Shown piece by piece: positions 23,654-34,468 of a stretch of 64,000 bases of DNA. The notes under the pieces were generated by a model that did not search any database, had not been told where the DNA came from, and saw nothing but the letters and a program-made list of their open reading frames with translations. Position 1 is the first letter of the stretch. Each line of letters starts with the position of its first letter. Location of the stretch: IMG/VR virus record IMGVR_UViG_3300036766_001530; one strand, given 5' to 3'. This stretch comes from an uncultured virus (IMG/VR IMGVR_UViG_3300036766_001530). Its lineage: Duplodnaviria > Heunggongvirae > Uroviricota > Caudoviricetes. Both the position numbers and the translations under genes were made by a program.

Positions 23654-24991
23654 TCATCGGCGCACCTTCGCCTTCTCTTTGCTCGGGATGTACGGGATGA
23701 CCTCGGCGTGGAATGAGCACCGACCGTCCACGACAGCGTCGAGCACCATCCCGGCCTGCATGACGTGGAGGTAGGCCGTCTCGGCCGGTCCCAGCTTCGA
23801 CAACACGACCAGGATGCCGTCGCCGAAGTTGATCCTCGCGTCCTTGGCGACGGTGCCGTCGATTGTCGTCGACTTTCCAGAGACGAGCTTCTTGAACCGG
23901 ATCGCCCCGACAGCACCCTGGGTGTCGGCCCGCATGTCGTGAACCGGGTTCCACCAGGCGGCCGGATCGTCGTTGCCCGGGTAGTGCTCGTCGAGCCAGG
24001 CGCAGCAGGCCATCCGCTGCTCCTTCTGGAGCCGCTCGCGCAGGTCCCAGGCCGCTCGGTGGTCTTCCGGCTTGGGCTTCTTGTACTCTCCGTGCTCGTC
24101 TTCGGTCGGATCGTCGACCGGCGTCGACCGGAACACGATCTCGGGCTTCCCCGAGATCATGTCGACGACGACGGGAGCGATCTTGCCGGGCAGGCAGCGC
24201 TTGTGCGTGGCCTGGTCGTACTCGTCCTCGACCATGAAGCGCCGGTCGGGGTACATGTTCGCCTTCCGGTCGTAGAAGGCGGCCTTGTAGAAGATCGTCC
24301 CGCGCTTCCGGTTCCCGGCATCGTAGATGCCCATGCCGCGGGGGTCGGAGCCGGCCGAGTCCTTCTTCCAGCCGGCCGGCAGCGTCGACTCGCGGAAGAG
24401 ATCGTCCGTCTTCCCCCCGAACGTGATCCCCATGCGGGCCCAGGCCGGATCTTCGCTGCCCTCGATCGGAAGCTGCGTGCTCGCGGCGACGGCCGTGGCC
24501 GCAGGACGATGGGCCAAGATCGCCGCCGCCTCCGCGCTCTTCTTCATGATGTCGGTCGAGCTGTCGCCGCTCTGTCCCACGGGCGGCGCCTCCAGCATGG
24601 TTCCGCCGAGCCCAAGATCCAGGGCCGCTTTCCGCCACCGCTCGCGCTCTTCGTAGCCGAGTAGATCCACGAGCGCCGACCGATACGACGTCCCGGTGCC
24701 GGCGCCGATGTTCACGCGGAGGCTTCGGCCGCCGCGGTGACCGGTCACCCAATGCTCACTGAAGGGCAGGTCGCGGTCCTTCGCGTACTCGATGATGCGG
24801 GCCTTCGTCCAACCCTTGACGTCATTGGGCGCGATCCGAACACCGGCGACAGCGTGCAGCTCTGCCCGCGGAGCCCAGGTCACCCCCGCATGACGGATGA
24901 GCTTGACGCCGCGGTAGGCGAGCACGCCGACGATGTTCACGTGCTCGGAACCACTGCCGTTGGGCACGCGAGCATAGCCGCGCTTTGCCAT
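23654..24991 (-). CDS. Large hypothetical phage protein
   Basis: Long ORF with strong GC3 bias; start uncertain (a repeat lies at 24990). Confidence 0.6.
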   Translation of the reverse strand: MAKRGYARVPNGSGSEHVNIVGVLAYRGVKLIRHAGVTWAPRAELHAVAGVRIAPNDVKGWTKARIIEYAKDRDLPFSEHWVTGHRGGRSLRVNIGAGTGTSYRSALVDLLGYEERERWRKAALDLGLGGTMLEAPPVGQSGDSSTDIMKKSAEAAAILAHRPAATAVAASTQLPIEGSEDPAWARMGITFGGKTDDLFRESTLPAGWKKDSAGSDPRGMGIYDAGNRKRGTIFYKAAFYDRKANMYPDRRFMVEDEYDQATHKRCLPGKIAPVVVDMISGKPEIVFRSTPVDDPTEDEHGEYKKPKPEDHRAAWDLRERLQKEQRMACCAWLDEHYPGNDDPAAWWNPVHDMRADTQGAVGAIRFKKLVSGKSTTIDGTVAKDARINFGDGILVVLSKLGPAETAYLHVMQAGMVLDAVVDGRCSFHAEVIPYIPSKEKAKVRR

Positions 24992-25047
24992 GAGCCGCGA
25001 AGCGGCGAATTCTGGGTCAGGTCTGCTCCGGACCTTTCGCTTGATCG

Positions 25048-25260
25048 TCATGGCAGGAACGCCTCGCCCATGCCCTCGCGCCCGCAGACGCGGCAACGGG
25101 TATCGACGCCCGGCCGCGCGACCTCGTCGCCCGGTTCGAGAGCGTGGTCAGCCAGGATCTCGACATTGTCCTCGGCGCCGCAGGAAGGACACCGGTACTG
25201 GGGGAGGGACTTCCTCGGCTTCGACTTCGGGGCTCCTACGGGGGTCGTCGTTGTCATCAT
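25048..25260 (-). CDS. Small Zn-ribbon protein (leaderless)
   Basis: CPSC...CRVC; ATG 6 nt after -10. Confidence 0.65.
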   Translation of the reverse strand: MMTTTTPVGAPKSKPRKSLPQYRCPSCGAEDNVEILADHALEPGDEVARPGVDTRCRVCGREGMGEAFLP

Positions 25261-25266
25261 GGGGTG

Positions 25267-25298
25267 AGCCTATCAGAGTGTTTTAGGTACGTCAAACA
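25267..25298 (-). promoter_or_regulatory. Class I promoter copy 2 (TTGACG-17-TAGGCT), leaderless
   Basis: TGTTTGACGTAC motif, extended -10 TG. Confidence 0.8.
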
Positions 25299-25336
25299 GA
25301 AAATGGTGAGCCGCGGAGCGGCGAACTCCGCTCCGG

Positions 25337-26086
25337 TCAGAGTCCCTTCCTGCGAGCGGCGCCGCTCTGCTTCTTCGTCATCGGAATCGGTCCCTGGTCC
25401 TTGATCCAGAGTTCGAGGTCTGCGACGGTAAACTCACCGTAGTTGTTGAGGTGCTGGCCTTCCGGATTGAGCCAGAACACCACCTCCTTCTTGGAGCTGT
25501 CCTTCCACCGCGGCGAAAGCGCGAACCAGCGCTTTCCAGCCGCCTTCAGCTTCTCCGCGATCTGAGTCTTCTCCGCCTCCTTGCGAAGAGCGGCCCCGTC
25601 GGTGTCGACTTCCATCATCCGCGTCGTCAGAGACCCCGGCATGCGCGAGACGATGGTGAGCATGAGTCCCGAATTCTTGAAGACGCCGCCGCCTCCGAGC
25701 CAGATGGCAACATCCTTCTTCACGAAGGCTTCCCAGAGAGCTTCGAGGTAGTCGAAGCCGATGCCAGGGACGGGATTTCCCTTCGGCACACGGACTCCAA
25801 AGCTGGCCTCGTCCCAGGCCGAGCCGAACTTTGCTCCGTGGCGAGGAGTCAACTCGCCGCGAACGTGAGGGCTCGCGCCCACTTCCTCGGAGGATTCCGG
25901 CCAGTGGGCGCATACGATCGCCGGATCGCCGTCCACCTTGAGCTGGTAGAGGTACTTCGGCAGCGTCGTGATCGTCCGCCGCTCGATACCGAAGACGTCG
26001 TCCCCCGGTAAACCGAACGCACTGCGCAGACCCTTGATGCCCCACTCGTGCTCGGCGCAGTGATCGGCTCCGAGGTTTACGCCCAT
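25337..26086 (-). CDS. Hypothetical protein
   Basis: 249 aa ORF with typical codon usage; the true start may be further upstream. Confidence 0.65.
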   Translation of the reverse strand: MGVNLGADHCAEHEWGIKGLRSAFGLPGDDVFGIERRTITTLPKYLYQLKVDGDPAIVCAHWPESSEEVGASPHVRGELTPRHGAKFGSAWDEASFGVRVPKGNPVPGIGFDYLEALWEAFVKKDVAIWLGGGGVFKNSGLMLTIVSRMPGSLTTRMMEVDTDGAALRKEAEKTQIAEKLKAAGKRWFALSPRWKDSSKKEVVFWLNPEGQHLNNYGEFTVADLELWIKDQGPIPMTKKQSGAARRKGL

Positions 26087-27054
26087 GAACGGGGTCGTCC
26101 TGGAACTGTGGGCCTCCCTCGTCCGTCATGAGCCAGGCGTTGTCGTATCCGCTACGCATGTGTTCCCCCCGTTCCGGATCTCTTGGGAGCCTCGTCACCC
26201 AAATCGAAGACGTGGAGCACGATCCCGCGGTCGGCCACGATAATCGTGCCCACGAAAGTGGCGAAGCCCGGGACGCTGGACTCGGCGCCCGTTGCGACCA
26301 CGGCGAACCAGTGCTTCGTCACCGGAGCCTTCGGATCGGCAATCACCCAGACGGACATCGAGTCGCCGATGACTCCGACGGAGATCGGCTTCGACTTCCA
26401 GGGCATCTCGATGGCGAACTTCGGCTCCCAGCCGACGCCAGATCGGGTCCGTCCGATCTCCAGTGGGAACTTCCAGACCACGTTGGCCATCAGATGAGTT
26501 GCTCCGTCGTCATCGCGCAGGACCATGCTGGCAGTCATTCGCTCCACCGACGCTCAAGGAAAGCGTCCCGAGATCCTTCGACTCCCAGTAGAAATCGACG
26601 TCCCAGCACGTCCAGGACTCGTGCAGGGACCGATCGCCAAATGCCTCCATGAACTTCTTGGCCGCGTCACGAGCAACGGCCTCGGTAGACGCATCCCCCT
26701 TCTCGAACGGAAAGATCGCGATGGGCCGACCCTTGAAAGGGCCACCACTGATCGGCAGGAACCGGACCGCCACGCCGTGCAGCGTCCGCCGATGCCGGCA
26801 TTCGTCCCGGTGGACCGCCGGCCCCGCCTTCTGACGGCACCCATCCGAGCAGGTGAAGCACCCGCAGTCGGCGCACACCTTGACGTCGGCCACGAGCCGG
26901 AAGACATCCTTGCCCACCACCTCCCGACCTGGCTCGATATAGAAGGACCCAGTCCCGGCATGCCCGAGAATCTTCCCCATGGTCTTGCCGCAGACTCGGC
27001 AGGAGTCGTCGTCGCGGACGACGTCCCAGCCCGGTGAAACCCAGTTGACCTGTC

Positions 27055-27342
27055 TCATGAGTCGCTCTCCTTTTGCCCCGGAACCGACTTCAGCCTCGGC
27101 ACGCACACGTGCGAGTCATTGCAGAACTGGCACACCGTGATCTTCTCGGTGTGCATCCCGCAGAGCCTTCTCGCTTCGATCTCGGTCTTCCGGCCGAGGT
27201 TCTTCACGTATCGCATCTTGCCGGTCCGGATGAACGCAGCCAGCTCGGCGAGGCTCTTCACCTTCTCGTAATCGAGGATGTTCGCGAGCCGCGTCGTCAC
27301 CAGGACATCCTGGTCACCAAGGGTGATCCGAATCAGCTTCAC
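27055..27342 (-). CDS. RNA polymerase alpha-CTD-like small protein
   Basis: VTTRLANILDYEKVKSLAELAAFIRTGKMRYVKNLGRKTEIE resembles the alpha-CTD HhH pattern (R..N.L...I....L......L....NLG.KS..E). Confidence 0.6.
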   Translation of the reverse strand: MKLIRITLGDQDVLVTTRLANILDYEKVKSLAELAAFIRTGKMRYVKNLGRKTEIEARRLCGMHTEKITVCQFCNDSHVCVPRLKSVPGQKESDS

Positions 27343-27884
27343 GCTCCGACTCCTCCCCGCTCGAAATACCGAGCTTCGAGCTTGCTGCCCATGGCTGTGA
27401 GCGAGGCGATCCCTGCGCGAAGCTGCGTCACCAGATCCTTCTCGCCGCAGGCTTCCAGGATCTCGGTGAGCATGTCCATGCTCTCGACCGTCGAAGCGAT
27501 GGTCCGCGAGACCAACCGGAAGGACTCGGGAGCGCACTCGTTGTCGGAAAGACCGACGGTGGTGCTGGCGAGGATCTTGGGCACGCTGTCGAGGACCCTC
27601 CGGGCCGTCGCCTTCAGGATCTCCAGGCGCCGCTGGCGAGCTTCGAGGTCGTCGTTCAACTGGCCGCTCGTGAGTTGCTTCTCACCCACCGGTGACCTCC
27701 CTGTTCTTGCGACCGCTGCCATGGCACGTTCGGCACATGACGCCGGTCTCGGAAACGAAACCGGTGCCCGAGCACCAGATGCAGCGATCTTCGAGGGCGA
27801 TCTCAGCCAGACGACTCTCGGCGGTGAGCCGCGAAGCGGCGAACTCCGCTCCGCTCCTGGCCTTCTCCAACTTGGTGAGGCCCA

Positions 27885-28757
27885 TCACTTCGCCTTGCTC
27901 GTCCGCTGCGGGTAGACGGCGTCGCCGGTGACCTCACAGGAGAAGAGCTTGCGGGCGCAGTCGCGACCGACCCAGAGCGAGACCGGCTTGCCGCTCGTGG
28001 TCGCCACGATGGGCACCCAGTTGAACCCGTCCTTGATCGCGTGACCGCAGGCGTGGCACTGCGAGTTGTGATCGGTGCCGGCGGCGAAGCGGGACTGGCC
28101 GTGCCTCGTACCCTCGGGCCAGACGATGTGACCGACCGCGACGCGCTGGCCGTTGATGATCTGCCACGTCCACTTGATGGGAGGTGACGAGATCGTCCGC
28201 ATGTCGATGCCCATCGCCTGGTTGAGGTTGGCGACCACGGTCGGCGAGAGCGTCCCCATCACCACCACCGGTTTCGGGCGCGTCGAGTCGAGCAGCTCGA
28301 CGAGCCGAGCAATCTCGGAGAACCCAGACGCCCATTCGAGAGCCGTGCCGAGCGCGGCCTTTTCTTCGTTGCTCTGGGTGTACGGCACGAGCCGGTTGAT
28401 GAGATCGAAGACGGCGTCGGCCTTCGCGAACTGGCCGAACTCCATCGCGTGGACGATTCCCCAACCCGAGACTTCGGGGTGCGACCGCGTCCGATCTTCG
28501 CTGATCCCCACGATGAGAGCGCGGTTCTCTCGGACGTACTTGATGGCGACCGTCTGCTTGTTGAGCGCGGCCTTGACCTTGCGTGACGCCCCCTTCGGCC
28601 AGTAGCCGTCGCTCTCGGCCTGGGCGAGCGTGGGCAGGACGTACGAGCGGAGGATGGCGAGGGCCTTGCCCGAAAACCACTTCTCGATGGGTGAGCCGCG
28701 AAGCGGCGAACTCCGCTCCGGCTCCGGGCTCCGGTTCTTCCGAAGGGTCAAAAACAT
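27885..28757 (-). CDS. Hypothetical protein with C-terminal Cys motifs
   Basis: CHACGHAIK...VGRDCA; in-frame repeat near the N-terminus; start approximate. Confidence 0.6.
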   Translation of the reverse strand: MFLTLRKNRSPEPERSSPLRGSPIEKWFSGKALAILRSYVLPTLAQAESDGYWPKGASRKVKAALNKQTVAIKYVRENRALIVGISEDRTRSHPEVSGWGIVHAMEFGQFAKADAVFDLINRLVPYTQSNEEKAALGTALEWASGFSEIARLVELLDSTRPKPVVVMGTLSPTVVANLNQAMGIDMRTISSPPIKWTWQIINGQRVAVGHIVWPEGTRHGQSRFAAGTDHNSQCHACGHAIKDGFNWVPIVATTSGKPVSLWVGRDCARKLFSCEVTGDAVYPQRTSKAK

Positions 28758-29411
28758 CACTCCACCCCCAGGCGCGCTCGCATGGACTTCGCCTCGAACC
28801 GAGCCCGCATCGCCGGGCTGCACGTGTCGCACGGATGGGGCTCGTTGTGGCTGAAGTGCCAGAAAGCGTGCCCGTGGTCATCCTCGGGAAGGCCTGCGAA
28901 GACCTCCCCGAGCTTGACGAGATCCACGGGCTTGATGGTGAGCACGACCTTGTGCTGGCCCTTGCCGTGCGGCACGAAGAACTCGAACGCCAGCGTGCTG
29001 TCGCCGAGGTGGAAGTGGGGCTCGACATCCGTCTTCCACGCACGGTCGGATCTCTCCAAGCTGAAGCGGCGGCTGGTGCTCGCGCTCATGACTTCCTCAG
29101 ATCGTCCGGGGAGAGGAGCCTGGTCATGATCCGGAAGATGCGCCGGCAGGCCGTCTTGATCGGAGCGTAGATGGCGCGGTCGGCCTCCGCCCGCTCCATC
29201 CGGATGACGGTCTTGCAGGCGGACGCCACCGCCGCGATCGCTGCCGGATCGCTGCTCGAAAAGACCATGGCTCGGTGGTCGGCCGGGTTGGTGGAGCGCA
29301 GAGCCAGATCCGGGCCGTTGTACGAGCCCTCGGCCACCGGAGCCGCGGCACGCTCCAGGGACACCAGCTCCCGGTGTAGTTCGGACCACACCGGGCCGCT
29401 GATTCGGATCT

Positions 29412-30236
29412 TCACCGGCTGACCCTCGCCAGCTCCGGGAACTTCTCCGCCACCTCGCCGTTCGAGGCGGCGCCGATGATCCAGCGGAGCAGAAGCTTCT
29501 CGCGGGCGTTGAAGGCGTCTTCCTTCTCGACCAGGAGCCGCTTCAGCACCGCCCGGCCGACGCCCTTCTTCTTGCCTCCGACCTTACCGCCGCGCCGCTC
29601 GACCGCCTCGTCGACGTGGGTGCCGTTCGAGGTCATCTCGGCCAGAGCCTCGACCTGCTTGTCGCGCGGCAGCTCGACCAGCTTCATGATCGCGTCGGTC
29701 ATCGTGACACGGCCCGACTCGACGGCGTCCTGCACCTCGCGGGCGCAGTCGAGGAGCGCGAGGTGGTTGTCGACCGTCTTGGTGGTCTTCCACCCGAAGA
29801 GGACCGCGACCTGCTTCTTGTCGTGGCCCAGGCCCTCCATGAGGGCGTGGACCTTCTTGGCGCGCTCGACCGGACCGTCCTTGAGGTCCATCTCGTTCGA
29901 GATCGCGAGGACCGAGAGCGCGTGAACATCGTCGCCCTTGACGATGACGACCGGTGCCATGATCGCGACCAAGCCCTCGGCCCGGCGCCGCTTGTTCGCC
30001 TCGACGGCGGCCTTCGTGCGCTGGCAGCCGTCGATCAGCTCGAAGCTAGGGCCGTTCTTGCGTACGGCCGCCGGCTTGTTCGGCAGCCAGCCCTTGGCGA
30101 GCATGCTCTGCACGATCTCCTCCGAGACGGGAGCAGCAGCCCGCTTGCCGTGGAGCTTCTCCTCGATGACGAGGATCTCGGGAGCGACGAGGAACGACGT
30201 GCCGCGCTTGGCGCCTTCGATTGCGATCTTGGCCAT
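29412..30236 (-). CDS. ParB/RepB/Spo0J-family protein
   Basis: SMLAKGWL..PAAVRK...FELIDGCQRTKAA, ISNE, HTH KKQVAVLFG...VDNHLALL; RBS AAAGGA. Confidence 0.8.
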   Translation of the reverse strand: MAKIAIEGAKRGTSFLVAPEILVIEEKLHGKRAAAPVSEEIVQSMLAKGWLPNKPAAVRKNGPSFELIDGCQRTKAAVEANKRRRAEGLVAIMAPVVIVKGDDVHALSVLAISNEMDLKDGPVERAKKVHALMEGLGHDKKQVAVLFGWKTTKTVDNHLALLDCAREVQDAVESGRVTMTDAIMKLVELPRDKQVEALAEMTSNGTHVDEAVERRGGKVGGKKKGVGRAVLKRLLVEKEDAFNAREKLLLRWIIGAASNGEVAEKFPELARVSR

Positions 30237-30305
30237 GGTAGAGGTCCTTTGCTGTGAGGTGAGCCGCGAAGCGGCGAACTCTCGTTCCGCTCCGTTCTGT
30301 CCCTC

Positions 30306-30337
30306 ACCCTACCAAGCTGTATCCTGTACGTCAAACA
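30306..30337 (-). promoter_or_regulatory. Class I promoter copy 3 (TTGACG-17-TAGGGT)
   Basis: TGTTTGACGTAC motif upstream of the ParB-like gene. Confidence 0.75.
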
Positions 30338-32875
30338 TTATTTATCGTCCTTCTTCTGGCTGCCGTAGCTGGCGCCGTACCGCAGGCTCCAGGAATCGGA
30401 AGCTGCTTCCTCGGGCATGTCGATCGCCGGCCTCTCCCAGTCGGGGCTGTCCGCGTCGAACCGGTTTCGGCTGACGGTCGCCGAGCTGGTAGCTCCCGGT
30501 ACGATCTCGGGCACGTGGAGGCCAGGCACGGCTGCGCGCACAGCCTCCTTGTGCTCGCGGTGCCACCGCTTGCGAGCGGCTCGATTCTGGAGCACTGGCG
30601 ATTTTTCTCCACATGAACAAGTCGTGAAGCCCTCGCCGTTCGCCACTCCTGGATACTGAGCCGCTCCCTCGAAGGGCAGCTCATGGCCGGGTAGTCGATT
30701 CGTCTTCTTGGCTGACTTCATGAGAGATCGCCTCCCGTCTTCCGCTCGTACTCATCGAAGCGAGCGATCGCCTCCGCCACCGTCAGCGGATCGCCATCCT
30801 CGGTGCAGCAAGCCGCCAGCTCGGCAAAGGCTCTCGGATCGTCGACGCGCAGGAGCTTGCCGAGCGCGAGATCCTGCTTCCACCGCTCGCGGCGTCGCTC
30901 TCGGGCAATCGCCTCCAGGTCGGAGGACTCTGGGAGTTTCTGCTCCATCTTCACTCGCCCATCGCTTTCTGACAACGCTTCGAGCAGTAGCCCGAGACGG
31001 TCGCCGTTGTCTCGCGATCGTCATAGATTCCATCGCATTGCAGGCACGCCCACTTCCCTGCGATGCGCTTCTCGCGGCGCTTGGGGGCCGTGAGTCGCGA
31101 AGCGACGAACTCCGCTCCGGTTCGGGTCGACTTCGTCATCGGCCGTGTCTCGCGGACAGGTGAACGCAGAGAACCAGGCAGCCGAAGCCGAACGCCAACC
31201 AGCCAATGATCTTCGGCCACCGGTGGCTCCGCCAGCCGCGCCTGGGCGAGAGATCCACCCCAACCATGCAGGAGCCGAAGGCCACCACTCCCAAGATCGC
31301 CGTGACGATGGTCAGCATTGTGCTCACTTCTCCAGCCTCCGACTCCCAGCCTTCTTGGGCGATCTGCGCTTCACCGGCTTGCACGAGGTGCAAGTCCGAT
31401 GACCACACTTCGAGCACTCGAACTGCCGTGTGTTACGGAAGCACTTGCAGCACTTGACGGTCAGGAAATCACTGAAGGACATGGGAGGTCTCTTTTTCGG
31501 CTCACCGGCAGTCGGTATCGCCACGTTCGCCTTGCAGTCGTGAACGATGAGGACCACGCCCGGATCGCTGGTGAAATAGAACTTGAGATACTTGAGACCT
31601 GGGTTCCGGATCTCAGCCCTGCCGCCTTGCCATTGCGAAGGCACGGAAAGAGCCACGACATCCTTCGGACCAAGACCGATCGCTCCGTGCTCCGTGGGCT
31701 CGTCCCCGAGCACCAGCTTCATCTTGCCAGAGCCTTCGATGACTTTGAACGTCGCTTCGAGAATGAGGCGCTCCTCTTTGAAGATCGTGAGGTCCGCGAG
31801 TATCTCGACCGCGAACATGTCTTCGCCTTCGATCTCGATAGGCATCAGTCGCCGTACCCCGAGACGCCCGTGAGGTTCCCGGCGTCATCGAACGTGAACA
31901 CGCCACCCTTCCAGTCGGTCGGGGCCACCACGATCTCGTTCGGGGAGATTGTGAATGGCGCCACGGCGAATTCCGAGTGAGCCATTTCCAGATCGCGCTG
32001 ACCGGCAGCACCATCGGCGAACTTGAGCTTCGCCCGCGCCAGCATCGCGACGATGGTCTCGCGATCGGTCACTCGACGCCCCGAATCGCGATGGAGAGGC
32101 ACGAGATCATAACGACCGGCATCCCCGTCAGGAAGACCTTGAAGATCCGGATCACCTCGCCCTTGGCTCCCTTCCCTCTGGCCGGGTTCGGGAACGGGGC
32201 CGAGAGCACGTCGACGATCCGGGTACGGGGCTTCTTTGCCACGCTGCGCCGCCGCTTTTCGACGGACTCGCCGAGGATCGTCCTGTCACCGACCACCGAG
32301 GTTCCCGTCTCCGACATCTTCTCGCCCATGACAAGGGCGATCTCGCCACTGCCCTCCACGACGATGAAGCTGAGGCGGGCCTGGAGCCTCGGGGCTCCCT
32401 TCGGCCAGACCTTCCCATCCCGACCATGCCGGAAGATCCCGACGTCGGCGCTCTGCTGGCTGATGAGGTGGTTGAACCCGGTCACCGAAGCAGCCCGCTC
32501 GTCGTCAAAGCTGATCGCCTCGCCCTGGAACCCTGACGCCGGCTTCTTCACAGGCTGAGTTCCCTTTCGCAGGTCGGGCAAGCGATGTCCTTCTTCGCTG
32601 GTGGATGGGTGTGAATCCACATCGGGAGCACGTCAGATCCGGCGGAGCTGATCTGCCAGTCGTCGCCCTTCTCATCGTTGCCTCTGTAGACCCTCATTCC
32701 GCTCGGTAGCTCTTCGAGCGAAACGAGATGAACGACAGCCACTTCGCCGTCCGGCTTCTCCGACCACGAGTAGACCGTGCAAGGCAGCGGCAAGATCGGC
32801 GACCGCGGTGAAGGCTGCCGGCGCTGAAAGAGACGCTTGGCTGTCGACAAGGGGTTCATCTGAGATGGTTACGCC

Positions 32876-32907
32876 ACAGTATGCCGTTGTTTCCTGTACG
32901 TCAAACA
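32876..32907 (-). promoter_or_regulatory. Class I promoter copy 4 (TTGACG-17-TACTGT)
   Basis: TGTTTGACGTAC motif. Confidence 0.75.
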
Positions 32908-33239
32908 AAAAGAGTGAGCCGCGAAGCGGCGAACTCCGCTCCGTTCCGATCCGAGACAAAAACCCCATCGTCTCCGAGACAAAAACCCCATCGTCCAAAC
33001 CCACTTACGCTTTCATCGCCAGGACCCGTTCCTTGATGAGCCCCAGCCGATGAAGGCGCGCCTTCTCCGGGTCTTTCGGAGGCCTGCCGCCCTTCTTGCG
33101 CGAGAGGCCGATGCAGACGTGATCTGTCATGCAGTCGAGGCAGCGCCCCTCGGCCTCGCACCGTTCGCAGGGCGGCTCGACTTCATCGGGGTCGAGTTCC
33201 CGCGAACATCTCGTACAGACAGGCATCGGGTCTCCTCCT

Positions 33240-33923
33240 TCAGCTCTCCAGAATCTTCTCTGCCAGCTCGGGCGCGCAGGCGTCACGCACCGCCTGACGC
33301 CACACGGCCGTCTTCGCCTTCGACATGATCCGGTCGCGGCCGTGAGCCGCGAAGCGGCGAACTCCGCTCCGGTCCGCTCTGGTCTGCTCTGGTCTCTTTC
33401 CCATCGTGGTCAGCTCGCCAGAATCTTCTCGGCCAGCTCGGGCGCGCAGGCGTCGCGCACGGCCTGACGCCACACAGCCGTCTTCGCCTTCGACATGATT
33501 CGATCGCGGCCGGCGCCGGCCTTGCCGACGACGCCCTCGAAAGTGGGTCCCTCGAACTCGCCAGCGAGGACCCGCAGCATCCGCATCGAGCAAGTCCACG
33601 CGCATGCCAGGGCCCTTCACGTCCAGCCCCGCGAGACTTCCGGGGCCCCAGTATTCGACGAAGACCACCAGCTCGCGCCAGCGGTGGTCGGTCGCGATCT
33701 TGGCGAGCGGCTCGGCGAGCGTCGAGTGGAAGAGGGCGATCGCCGGTCCGTACTCGGGCTCGCTCGCATCGAACATCAGCTCGCGCGTGCCAAAGCGCTC
33801 CCATCCGCGCTTCTTCGACCAGAAGGCCCTCACGTGCCGGCCGTCGAGCTTGTCGAAGAGGTATGCCGTGAACGCCCGGAAGGACTGGCCGGCGGCGAGC
33901 GGGATCTGAGGGTAGCCGATCAT
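33240..33923 (-). pseudogene. Ligase-like nucleotidyltransferase (RNA ligase-like), frameshifted, with duplicated 3' end
   Basis: Motif I DKLDG in the main frame; FEGVVGK and MSKAKT (motif IV/V-like) lie in a different frame after ~33580; the last 101 bp are present twice. Confidence 0.6.
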
Positions 33924-34468
33924 CGCTCAAACCGAACGCGATCGAGCATCCGCTGATCGCGCTTCCACTGTCTCCGGTTCAACCTGATCTCGTAGCTGAG
34001 CAGTTGTGCCGCCCTGTCATCCTTCGCTTCTCGCAGGGCGTCGCGCCACTCCTCCTGATCGCCACCGATGGCGCAGAGATACGTCTCCGATCTGACGGGT
34101 CGAGCACCAGGCAAGGGTCCCATCAGAGCCTCGACCCTGGAACCAGCCGCGGGTGGCTTGCCCATCTCGATCGTCCCGCCGCAGAAGACGGCCTCGGGCC
34201 TCGGCTTCATGCCGATGAACTTGAGCGCTGAGGTATCGACCAGGACGATCGGAATGCTGGCAATCTCGGCCAGCACGGCGGCTGCCACCCGGTGGGACCC
34301 TGTCCAGGCCTTGTAGCGTGTCCGGCTGAGCTGCTCGGCAAGCAGGGGCCTGCCTCGCCAGCCCCGACGTCTCATATCGACGGCCAGCTCGGCCACGTAA
34401 TGGGGAAAGGTGATCTCGTGTGGAGGAACGACGTTCCCGGGCGCGGCGTCTGTGTCGGGATAGATCAT
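33920..34468 (-). CDS. ParB/Srx-like N-terminal domain protein
   Basis: GWRGRPLL...YKAWTGSHRVAAA...IPIVLV. Confidence 0.6.
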   Translation of the reverse strand: MIYPDTDAAPGNVVPPHEITFPHYVAELAVDMRRRGWRGRPLLAEQLSRTRYKAWTGSHRVAAAVLAEIASIPIVLVDTSALKFIGMKPRPEAVFCGGTIEMGKPPAAGSRVEALMGPLPGARPVRSETYLCAIGGDQEEWRDALREAKDDRAAQLLSYEIRLNRRQWKRDQRMLDRVRFER

